A DNA stretch of 64,000 nucleotides from Phaeosaccion multiseriatum (lineage: Eukaryota; Protista; Ochrophyta, other classes): positions 1,116,001-1,180,000 of the forward strand of contig OZ218956.1 in the NCBI GenBank assembly GCA_965112735.1. Direction: 5' to 3'. The notes beneath the pieces are model-generated. The model was not told the origin of the DNA, searched no databases, and saw nothing but the letters and a program-made list of their open reading frames with translations. A program made the translations under genes and the position numbers. This document shows positions 1-10,807 of the stretch, piece after piece (within the stretch, counting starts at the first letter, position 1; each line of letters starts with the position of its first letter).

Positions 1-199
1 TTTCAACAAGCCGCCGGAGAGTCGTGTACCTTGCTTTTTGAAGCACGTGAATGGTTTGCAACACCAGGATGAAGCCAGTTACTACGCGCCCATTAGTGAG
101 GAGGAGCGAGGAAGATGAAAGGGTCGGCGCGCTTTGACTTGATCACCCTTGTATTGACTGCAGGCAGGCAGGGGGCAAATTATTTTTTGTAGCTAAGAT

Positions 200-945
200 T
201 CGGCTCCAGGAGACTGGCTTATTGCTTAGCAGAAGCCTAGGCCTAGAGACGAAATTCGGCCGGCCTAGGGGGGTTAGCGGCCCCCGGCCTAGGCCTAGCT
301 AGAGGGGACCGCAGGCCCCCGGCCTAGGCCTATTTTTGGCGCAGCCCCCCCGGCCTAGCTAGGCCTAGATCGACCCTGGACAACAAGGTTACGGTGTGCG
401 CCGGCCGTAATCATTAATCAGCCCCCAGCTGGCGCATAATCAGTAATCAGGCCGGCTGGTCACGGGCTGTAAGCAACCAGGCCGGCTGGCGCCGGCCATT
501 TCCTCGGGCTGGCGCCATAATCAGTAATCAGGCGCCAGGCCGGCTGGCGCCGGTCATAATCAGTAATCAGGCTGGCTGCGCCGGCCGTAATCAGGAATCA
601 GATAATCTTGTCCAGGGTCGACTCCCTCCCTCGCTCCCGCCCTTCCTCCCTCCCTCCCTCCCTCCCTCCCTCCCTCCCTCCTTCCCTCCCTCCCTCCCTC
701 CCTCCCTCCCTCCCTCCCTCCCTCCCTCCCTCCCTCCCTCCCTCCCTCCCTCCCTCCCTCCCTCCCTCCCTCCCTCCCTCCCTCCCTCCCTCCCTCCCTC
801 CCTCCCTCCCTCCCTCCCTCCCTCCCTCCCTCCCTCCCTCCCTCCCTCCCTCCCTCCCTCCCTCCCTCCCTCCCTCCCTCCCTCCCTCCCTCCCTCCCTC
901 CCTCCCTCCCCCCTCCCTCCTTCCTTCTATCCCTCCCTCCCTCCC
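200..945 (-). mobile_element. Truncated inverted copy of the nested MITE-like element at 17938-18975 (outer end, inner TIR cassette 370-621, (CCCT)n core)
   Basis: 200-621 aligns, with small indels, to the reverse complement of ~18630-18975 (TCGGCTCCAG..AGACTGGC..AGAAGCCTAGGCCTAGAGACGAAATTCGGCCGGCCTAGG...). The inner cassette is bounded by TCGACCCTGGACAA (370) and TTGTCCAGGGTCGA (621) and carries TAATCAGTAATCAG/CCGGCTGGCGCC repeats. The second outer end is missing. Confidence 0.85.
622..945. repeat. (CCCT)n microsatellite, core of the MITE-like element
   Basis: Long, near-perfect tetranucleotide run. Confidence 0.98.
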
Positions 946-1193
946 TCTCTATAGTTATCCTGCTGCCCCGGGGGGAAGAGAGAGGGGGGGGGATGCTGCT
1001 GCTCTCTTGTTAGAGGTGTGGGGAAGGGGGGAAAGGAGAGGGAATATTGAGGAGCCACAGGTAGGCCCAAATATTGCCCCAACCCCCGCTCCCTTTGCGG
1101 CTTTCTTTTTTTTTGCCCGTGGTCCATTCACTGCCATCTCTCCGTATCCTCTAGGTTACTTTTAGACACACAGAGAAGGCGCCAACCCTTTGA

Positions 1194-4100
1194 ATGGAGC
1201 CTTCCATGGGCCATGCGGGGAGGGAGGGCACTGTGTACACTATCGACGAGCTCCTTTTCTCGCATGTGGGCGTGGGGAAATATCAGGCAAGATAGGCAGA
1301 GGAAGGAAGGTGTGAGAGATCCACCTTTTTCAGTTGTTTTGTTCTTTCTCTCCCCCTCAGCTGTGGCTCCTTGTGGCATGTGGCTTGTCCTTTATGGCCG
1401 ACGCCTTCGAGGTAAAGTATACAGTGCTCGTTCCGCTCCCTCTCTCGTTCTCTCCCCCTCTCACTGCCCTCCTTGCCTGTTCTCTCTAGGTGACCCTGCT
1501 ATCGTACCTTTCTGTGTGCGCGGCCGATGGGTGGGGCCTCAGTAGCTCCGCGGAAAGCTCCATCACTGCCAGCGTCTTTTTCGGCGAGATGTTAGGTATA
1601 AAGTGATGTGCCTTGCGACCCCTTGTTCTGTGGGACGGCCGCCCCCCCCCCCTTACTGTTCCCTCCCTTCTCTTTCCCAACCACTCTTCCTTCTTTCCCC
1701 CCCATTGTGTGCTTCTCAGGGGCTCTGTGCTGGGGACCTTTCTCCGACCACTACGGACGGAAGCCTGCCTTCATCCTGGCGGCGTCCTTCATTCTCGTCT
1801 TTGGTCTCCTTTCAGCCACAGCGCCAAACGTGTAAGGATACGCCTTCTTATTTCTCCACTCCCTCTTCCTCTCCCTCTAGGCCCCTCTCTTTCCGTTAAG
1901 CGTTTTCTCATGGCCCAGGAAGGTCAGGCTACCTGGTCCTGTCCATGAATGTCAAGTAATGGCCTCGCTCAAGGGGCCACTTCTCATGTCTTTTCCCCGA
2001 CTTTACATCTCAGATGGTGCCTTATAGTGGCGCGAATGCTTGTGGGCTTCGGGGTGGGCGGCGTCTTCGTCCCCTTTGACTTACTGGCGGTGAGAGAGGA
2101 GAGGAGGAGGAGGGGCGGGGGGGTAAATGGGCTTTCCTCGGGAGGATTCAAGCACGACAGAGGGTAGTAGAGAGGGGGATGGGAAACAAGCAATGGGCTG
2201 TTGTCTGGAAGTTGCATGCACATTGTATCCTTCTGAGGCTCTCTCTCCTTGTGCTGCTGCCGCTGTATCACCACCTGTTGCTCCTCTTACCAATAATGAT
2301 GAGCAGGAGCTCTCCAGCAGCCAGCAGCGCGGCCGAAACCTGCTCTACATCGAGGTCGGTTCTAGAGAGGAGATGACATTCCTCCCCCGCAGACAGAAGC
2401 GCCGCCACACCACATTCGTCGGTGCTGCTGACCTCGGCGCTGGCTTGGATAGGCTGCTAATTAATTTTCATCCCCCGCCCCCCCGCTCCGTCACCCCTCC
2501 ATCCTTGTACCATGCTGAAGTTCTTCTGGGCTCTGGGGAGCCTCTCTGTCGTGCTCTTTGCGTGGGCCCTGCTCGAGTCCCAGGGGTGGAGGGTGCTGAC
2601 TCTCCTGTGTGCTCTACCCGTGCTGCTGTCGCTGCTCTCAAGCCGCTGGATACCCGAATCTCCGCGGTGGCTTCTCGTCAAAGGCAAACCAGAGGCGGCC
2701 CTACAGGTAGAGGGCGCGTTGTGGGATTCGTATCCTATATAGATATATGCTTACACCCCCCAACCGCACCCCTCGCTCCCCTCCCTGCCTGCCTCGCGTT
2801 ACTCCTCCCCTTGCGTCCTCTCTCTCCCTCCCCGCGTTGTGTCCTCTGTCGTGCAATGAGCATCACATCTTCCCAGACACCCCTTCCCCACCCCATCACC
2901 AAATAATCTCTCCTCCCTTCCCCCGTCTTGAGCAGATTGGGGCTGCGCCCAAACTTTCGATGTGTGTTGTTTTCAACTCGCAGTTCTCTAAGCTTAAAAG
3001 TCTACTGAAAGTTCCCGCCTTTCCGCAGTCTCTATCACATCACTGCCCCCCTTCCTTTTGCTGTCCTCCCCTCTTCGTCCCCACCCAACTCTCTCTCTCT
3101 CTCTCGCTCCCTCTCTGCCAGGTCCTTCGTGTGGCGGCGAGAGTGAATGGCCGCAAGCTGCCATCGGACGCCATCTTGGCAGAGCCCACTAAGACCGAAG
3201 GCGTCCGTGAGCTGGGCTGTGGCAACGTGGGGGAGCTCTGGCTGCCGAGGTTGAGGAAGACTACCACCAAAGTCTGGGTGAGGCAGCACCGGGGGGGGGG
3301 GGGTCAGGGGAGCAAAGTGGTGTGCCTGTGGGTCTTGCTTCTTGCTTTTTCACGAGGGAGGCGAGATACACGTGTTGGTGATCTCTCCCCCCTTCCTCAC
3401 TCTTTCTCTTCACCTGTCCCTCCTTTGGACCCCGTCCTTCGTGCTCCTCTACTTCTGCTCTTTTGGCCCATTTCCTGCAGCTGCTGTGGCTTTGCTATGG
3501 CTTCGCATATTATGGTGTCGTCCGTAAGTCGCCGTGCCCCTCCTCCCTGTCTGCATGCAGGCCTGTGTCTGCCTCTCTTGTGTCTGCTTTCCTCCGCTGG
3601 ACAGTCCCTTCGAGTCAAACAGGAGATTCCTATCCGCCTTCTCGCCCCCGTCAGACTGTGCTACGCTCTCTCCCTTGCTCTTCTCTTGCTCTCTTGCTGC
3701 CATTTGGGGGGTGAAGACATGCGGCATGCCTGTGTGTGTGTGTGTGTGTGCCCACGACGAACAATGTCCCTCCCTCCCTGTATATCCACAGTCCTCAACG
3801 CCAAAGTGTTCGAGGCGGACAGGAGCGGGAGCTCTTGCAGTTTCGGCTACGGGGTGAGTCAGATTCGAGTGGAACGGGCCGGGGCGGGACGACCGAGAAG
3901 GGGGCGGGGGATGGGCGGACGGCCATCCGATGCCTCAGATCGCACACGCGACGCGTAGACACAAGGCACATAGACATATTCCCTCACAGACACAGAGATG
4001 GAGAACGAAAGAAGGAAAGAACGAACGAAAGAAAGGGCTGCTCTAGACATGTGTGTTGTGGCTAATTTGGCGCTCCTTCCCTCGGCGGGTTCCTGCCCCC

Positions 4101-6052
4101 ATCCCCCCCCACCCGTCACTTCCCTCCCCAGAATATGGCCGTTGTGGCTTCTGCCGAGGGCGTGGGTGTACTTCTCGTGCTGTTCCTCATCGACCCGGCG
4201 GGAAGAGTCGTGTCCCAGGCCGCCACCTACCTGCTCGGGGCCGTCTGTGTCTTGCCCATTGCTTATCAGGTGCAGAGAGGCCGATACTTTGTGCTTCCCT
4301 TGCCTCAGAGGCACCCGCCATACTTGTGTGCTGGCCTTCTGTCTCTCTCTCATGCCTGTCTGTCTGCGGTCCTGTGTTGCCCCTCTGTGCCGTTGCTGGT
4401 GTGGCAAGGGGGTTGAGCTGCACTCCCCTCTCCTGTCACCCCCCTTCCCTCCACGCTTTGACTCACTCTGCTCTCGCTGCTTTCTTGCTCTCAGATTTCT
4501 CCCAACAGTGCCCTCGTGTTCTTCTCCTTCATGGCCAGGGCTTTTATGCTCGCGAGCAGCTCCTCCACGTGGGTGCACCTCCCAGGTCAGTCTACCGAAG
4601 GGAAGAGGGTCAGTTTTGTGAGTCAGCCCGTCCGTAGTCTGCGAGCAGTAAGTCGGTCTTACGTGGTGTCAGTGCGTCTATCAGTCAGTCAGTATGTCCA
4701 GCAGTCCTTCGCCGGGGCAGCTCTGTGAAGTGAGGGGCACGTCGGACTAGCGACGCCTTCGCGGGCCAAAGCACGACAAGAGGGCTCATGTCCTGCTCTG
4801 CTTCCTTCTTCTGCTCCATCCGCTCTGCCTCCTCCCTCTGAATAGCGACGCCCCCTCTTACCCTTTCCCCGCCGCCGCCACCGCCGCCGCCCCTCCCACC
4901 TGCTCTGTGCTGCACTGCCGTCCCTCTGTCTCCCGCCCCGTCTCCCTGCTGTGACTGGCGCCTTTGGGCTGGCTGTTCGCTTCGCTCTACCGTGCACAGA
5001 GCTTTACCCAACAGGTGTGCGCGTGCAGGGAATCCCTTCTCCTTCTCTCTGTCGATCACACAGTGCGGTCTTTTTAAGCTTTTCTTGTGTGAGTAAGAGG
5101 TCCATTTCGCATGACGTTCGTGACATCCACTCAAGTCCATCTTCCTCCTTTCGTCCATCCCTCCCCCCCTCCTTCTCTTTCTCCATTGGTCCTTCCTTCC
5201 CCACCCCCGCCCCTCACATCATCCTCCAGAGATTCGCGGCACAGCTCACGCGTGGGCCGGCTTGCAGGTGCGAGGAGGGAAACGTGAATCCAAAGTTCAA
5301 TAAGAAAGGCGGTGGCGCACACTCAGTACATCCTGCACATGTGCTCCTGACCCGAATCCTGCCCCCCCTCTCCCTCTGTCCCTTCCCCCTATCCCCGTCC
5401 GTGACCCTGACTCGGACCTGGCGCCGCCGCGCCGCCCTCCCTCCAGGGAAGAGTGGGGTCCTTTTTGTCACCCTACTGGGTGCAGAGCAGCCTGTCCATC
5501 TTCACCAGCGCCATGGGCGTCGCTGTTGTCCTTTTAGTTGCCGGTGAGTTTGAACGCGTCAGCCAATGAAGCACTGTATGTGAGTGAAGTCCTGAGAGGT
5601 GGAAGCTACAGCGACAGAAAAGGAAGAGTGAGAGAGAGAGACGGAGGAAAGATCGAGAACCGCCTTTCGATGACCGTTCCTGTGGTGATGCAGTTCCGAA
5701 GCGTCGTACAAGCCTTCTCATCGCTTTTGACTCACAATCTCAATACCCCTTCTTATCGCCTGCTCGTGCTGCGGCTGCGGCTCCGTCGTCATCACCGCCA
5801 GGCCTGCTTGCCGCGACGCTGCCTGAGACCTCGGGGAAGGATTTGGATGGGTCCATGGATTTCACCGTGGCAGCTACGCGGCTCCAGGGGGGCGCGGAGG
5901 AGGAGGAGGAGGAGGAGAAGGAAGAGACTCGGAGGATGGAGGGAAGGAGGAGCGGCGCAGTAGCAGCAGCAGAAGCAATGAGGGAGGCCGAGGAAGCCCT
6001 GTCTCCCGGGGACTACGAGGGTAGGATTGGCGTGCACAGACACCTTGTTTAG
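1194..6052 (+). CDS. MFS transporter, SV2-related/organic cation transporter (SVOP/OCT7-like), about 16 exons
   Basis: Spliced exons read TIDELL..VGVGKYQ / LWLLVACGLSFMADAFE / GPFSDHYGRKP (MFS motif A) / ARMLVGFGVGG / IPESPRWLLVKG / ELYPT-EIRGTAH / LPETSGKDL, with a stop at 6052. The ATG at 1194 directly follows an in-frame TGA. The first intron, 1287-1360, is GC-AG. Confidence 0.9.
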
Positions 6053-6714
6053 AGCCCTAGAGAGACTCAGAGGAGAGGCTCAGAGATGGAGTCAGGAAGC
6101 AGAGGAGGAAAGGGGGCAGAGCGTCGAATCGCACACTGGCTCCCGCCGCGTTACTCCGGGCATCGCCAAGGACGTGCCCTGCTCCGTGCTTATCGCCGGC
6201 GCCAGCTGGCATGCCTTCTGCTGGGAGCCAGCGTCAGCCGGCGTGCTATCTGTTATCGGGCCCTCGCAGGGCCCGATAGTATGCTATCGAGAATGTGGTC
6301 GACAGCACGTCAGGGGTCGAGCAGGGGGGAACGACGCAGGAGAAGGAGTCGCAGAAGGGAGCCACAGCAGCAGTGCAACACCAATGAATGAGTCGAAGCC
6401 ACCAGACTCGAGGGCTTACTTGTTCCCCTCTCTTCCTGTCTGTGTGTCGCTCATTCGCCATGAGCATCTCCGGTGGCTGGGCAGTTGGCAGTCTTGTGCC
6501 AACTGCCCAGAATATCAGTTTCAGTTTCAGTTTATTGACATCCATGTTTTCCTCCTCTCCCTCTTTGATGGTAGCGATACTTACGCGATATGACGTTGAC
6601 ATGGCGGGGTGGAGACACGTGGCAGCCTTTCTACTGGGAGATGAATGACCTTCGGCCCCAGACCAGACTCGCTCACTCACTCACGCACGCCGGCGGCCAG
6701 AGAGCTGCCCATCC

Positions 6715-8848
6715 TCAGTTGATGGAGTCGTAGCCCCCTGAAGGATTATTCCTGAGCTTGCCCTCAGTCCACACCCAGGCCTTTGTGAAGCTGTCGACGA
6801 TGACCTTTCGCCACGAAAGAATGTCGTCCTGCAGGGTACCGAGGAGGCCAGGATGATTCGGGGCGGTACAGCGAGGGGAAGGAGGCACGCATGGAGATGT
6901 ATGAGTCACAAGCCGATGGGAAGTTCGACAGATCCCACCCTACTCCACGCGCACGACCACAGAAAGGCTACCATTCCCCTCAACTAGGTGCTTAGGTCCG
7001 TGTTCCCTCACCCACCCTCATCTTTCCTCCCTTCCGCGCCCTCAGCTTGGAAGACGACAAGAGGCGTGTCTCATGGTCGAAGACGGAGAGGCAGCATAGC
7101 CAGAGAGATAGGAGTAAACCTGGCAGTAAGATGAGGCAACCATAACAAGTCAAATAAAGAGCACTGTTTTCAAATCGAGTAGTTGCTCTGCACTTTGCAT
7201 GTGCTCACTCACCGAGGGTGGAGGTGGCGCAAATGAGATACCTGAGACACGTCGAAGGGAGAAAGGTTAAGCTTATCGAGCCCGATTAACGAGAGGCACC
7301 ATTAGGACGCATGCAGTAATCTCAACCCCGTTTACTCCTAGCAGCCAGATAACGCACAGCAAGTAGGCCGAAGTCGCTTGGCAGGTCCCAAGTGAGGGAT
7401 GCTCAGTTCAGTTCAGTTCAGATCACTAATCGATCCCACCATCTAAAACATCGATCCGAGATAACGGAGTGTTATGTAAGGGATGCTCACATGATAATCA
7501 TCTGGTAGCGCGCGGCTTGTTCAGGTGAGTTCCCGCCTAAAATCTGGCCCGTCATCATCCCGGGAATACTTTTGGCGCAGGCAACGAGCAATAAGAGGGG
7601 CATTGACGCAAAGCAGTCGCGCGCGAGACGGGACCATCAGCTAGGCGGCCGCTTCGCTTCCACCGAAGACTGCCTTTAACGGCGATGATGACAAGGACAG
7701 TAGTGCTGCCTAGACCAGGCATAAACGTTAAGTACGTGCCTGCAATACCCCCCTCCCCCTCCCCCCGTCCGTTACCCAGCCAAAGCCATACCTGACAAGC
7801 CCGATGATCAGCATGTTACTTTGGCATCGTAGTGGAGGAGTTAGGTGCCGACCATTCCGAGTAGACCGAGAGCGAAATCAGGCAAACGGGGTAAAATTGG
7901 TTGAAGCGTAAGCGTAAGGAAGGCTTCAGCTCGACAAAAGCGGCATAGTAGGAATACAAGTAGAAGAGCGACCCCCAACTATAACCATACGGTACCTACT
8001 TTAAGGTCGGCATGAGGCCCGTCCTTACGCTCTTAATGACGAGAGGTTGGGTAGCTTCCCACATTGTCGCCCCTCTGGCGAGCCAATCATCGACGACATG
8101 TCGCCCGTCCCCGAGTTCGTTAATGAAGAGCGAGAAACCCACGGAGACGGAATTGAGGCAGTTGTTCAGTAGCATGCCCATCAATGGGATGGCGTAGCTC
8201 GGCTGATACCAAGGCCTCACTGGTATGATTCCGAACAGGCAGAGCCCCAGCAGCAGGGCGGGAGGAAGCGCGACCGCGATCCACAGACACGCAAACATAC
8301 CCTGGAAGTAGTACTTTGACCGCGTGTAGGCCTCTCGCGCTGGATCATGGACCACAGGGTTGGCATTAGAGGGCGGAGGGAGTCGACGGCATTGACTGGC
8401 CTACGAGTACAACTTTCCAAACCCCCCCCCCCTGTATGTACTACTATCCATGCAACGAGTGGAGTGACGCCCTTGCCAACTTGCCAACCGGCAGCCTTGA
8501 CTTGCTTACCCGCCATGGTGGCCATGCCCAGCACGAGCAGCGTAGTGGCCCACCAGCTGCTGTGCTCGAAGACTGGGAGCAGTACGTACCCCAGAAGGGA
8601 AAGCTGTGCATGAGTGGGAAGGTACACGACGGAATGAGAACACGAAGAAAACAAAACAGGGGAAACATTGCCCCAGCCGCGGTAAAAGTCACCTGAACAG
8701 TTGTGCGGAAGCCGCCCAGGATGAAGGCCGACTCCAGCCCCAGACTCAGGGCGTACGAAATGACCACGCTGCTGGACATGACCATGAGGCCCAGCACAAC
8801 AGACTCAAAGCCGAGGTGGAGGGTAGCATTGTCAGCAGACTCTGCCAT
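6715..8848 (-). CDS. fetB: UPF0014 ABC permease (FetB/YbbM, ALS3/STAR2-like), multi-exon
   Basis: Exons read GFRTTVQ|LSLLGYVLLPVF, PWYQPSYAIPLMGMLLNNCLN, LARGATMWEA, RTGLMPTL, NMLIIGLV, SIPGMMTGQILGGNSPEQAARYQMIIM, YLICATS. The last exon is uncertain. Confidence 0.9.
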
Positions 8849-8881
8849 GGTTGGGGGCGTCTTTTACGCAGTGAAAGGGAA

Positions 8882-8922
<41 letters not shown>

Positions 8923-8963
8923 CGAAAGACAGAGAGACTTTGTACGTAGTTCGGCGGCAGTCC

Positions 8964-10592
8964 TCACGGTAGAGAATTCGACAAGAAGTGTCCGTCTTCG
9001 GTGATGCTGAGGAAGAGTGTCCCCAGTCGCTTGGCCTGACGTGAGAGTCGCGAGAGTTCGTTCGCACAGCGAGGGGAAAGCGGGGGCCCGAAAAGCAACA
9101 AAAGGGAAGAGCATGTAAGCCTTGTCAACTTCCAGTTGGGGTAAGGTCAGGGTAAAGCGGTTCGCCAACCTACTCTCATCGAGGAGCGCACCCACCTGCT
9201 CCACGCTGTGCGTGACAATAACGCTGGTAATACCGCTGCGGACTAAGCTCTCCTCCACACTGGGGAGCGTGGGGGGAGGGAGGGGAGGAAGGAAGTTTTA
9301 GAGGAGGCACACGAAAGGACAAGAGACGGGGCCTTGGGGGACTTTCCACCTGTGCGCAGCCTCCCCCCTCCCACTCGTCCACTGGATCTTACCAGAGCGT
9401 AGAGACCGGGTCCAGAGAGGAGGTGGGTTCGTCTAGCAAGAGGACGTCCGGGCACAGAGCGAGGGCAATGATTAGAGCTGCGCGTTGCCGCTCGCCGCCG
9501 CTGAGTGACCCCCAATCGGAGCTGAAGGCCGTTGCGGGCAAGTTCCAGCGAGAAGCAAACTCTGCGGGGTCACGGAAGGGTCGCCCAGCCTGCGCCTGTC
9601 GTGGCAGAGTGTACCAGGAGTGGAGTTGATGCCAAAGATCTCAGCAACCTTCACTGAGTCAACGTCAACAAGAAAAGTCACATACCTTGAAGGCCCTGCA
9701 GCGCTCCAAGTATTCGTCAGGCGTTCCTGGGATAGTAGGGGCCGCCTGGCTGACGTACGATACCCTCGTTCTCCACTGTGGCATGCCCAGGGACCGCCAA
9801 GTGTGGCTGACCGGCCCTACCCCCCCTCCGGAGGCCTCCCCTTCGCCCCGCTCTGTGCTCAGAACCACCCGTCCCTCTGACAGCGGATCCAATCCCGCCA
9901 GAGCTCGCAGCAAAAGACTCTTCCCCACTCCGCTAGGACCGACTATGATGAGTCGAGCGCCAGCAGGCACGCTTGGTGAGGGAGAAGCAGGTTCAAAGCA
10001 AAGTGTGGGGTTTAGAGGGCGAGAAGCAACTGGGAAAGGGTGCTTATGCCTGCACTCAAAGAAGCAATGTGGAACCGGGGAAGCAGCTCAAAGTAAAGTG
10101 TGCGGGTTAGAGCGATGGTGAGGGGGAGCACTTCAAAGTACGCTAGGGTGGGGGGGCTGCCGTAGCTGTGCCTGCATACAAAATGTGTAGGAGACTATGA
10201 CTAAAGGGGCACCCCCCCCCCCAAGCTCTTGTCTGAGCTCTCCTCCCTTTAAAATAAGATAGCTCATACCTGAATGACAAATCCCTCCAGAGCACTTGCT
10301 TTGCCTGCAGCAGGCGTTGTTTTCCCGCTTCCACCTCTGCCTCGAAAGCCTCCTCCCTCTTGACACGATCTGAGCTTCTCCAGGCGATGAGCTGAGGTGG
10401 AGTCCAACACCAAGCTCTTTCGCTTCGATCGAGCGCGCTTGCAGCGCCCACTAACCTCCTCTTGGGCGTACTGCTCACGCTACCATCACCGTGACGTAAC
10501 AATCCTTTCCCTTCCTCTTCTCCCTCTCTTTCTGCTTCTTCCCCGATGAGTATGATGACTTGCTTTACCCCCTCTACTGTAAGCGTGGCCAT
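8964..10592 (-). CDS. fetA: Stand-alone ABC ATPase (FetA/YbbL, STAR1-like), multi-exon
   Basis: Walker [10 protein letters not shown]-loop SYVSQ, signature LSGGERQR, Walker B/D-loop [11 protein letters not shown] and H-loop IVTHSVEQ, spliced to AKRLG...SLP*. Confidence 0.9.
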
Positions 10593-10625
10593 GGAAGGAA
10601 GGAAGTGGAAGGAGGCACACACACA

Positions 10626-10675
<50 letters not shown>

Positions 10676-10807
10676 AGATGAGAGAATGAGATATAGTTTC
10701 AATTGGGTCGAGAGGGAAGAAGTCCGACGGCGGTAGGTAAGTCAGCGATGCGATGCCTTCCCGCGGATCCCCTTCCTCCCTCTAACACAGCACAGCACAG
10801 CAGCGGT

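Noticed and set aside
405-605. CRISPR-like repeat/spacer appearance of TAATCAGTAATCAG units
   Set aside because: Spacing is irregular, the spacers are mutually similar, there are no cas genes, the context is eukaryotic, and the units are bounded by TIRs.
608-1165. 185-aa Pro/Ser/Leu ORF, and similar ORFs at 18155-18660
   Set aside because: These are translations of the (CCCT/GGGA)n microsatellite inside the MITE.
6027-6680. ORFs between the MFS and fetB genes (also 21544-21954 and 36366-36815)
   Set aside because: No recognisable motifs; they lie in convergent 3' UTR or intergenic positions.
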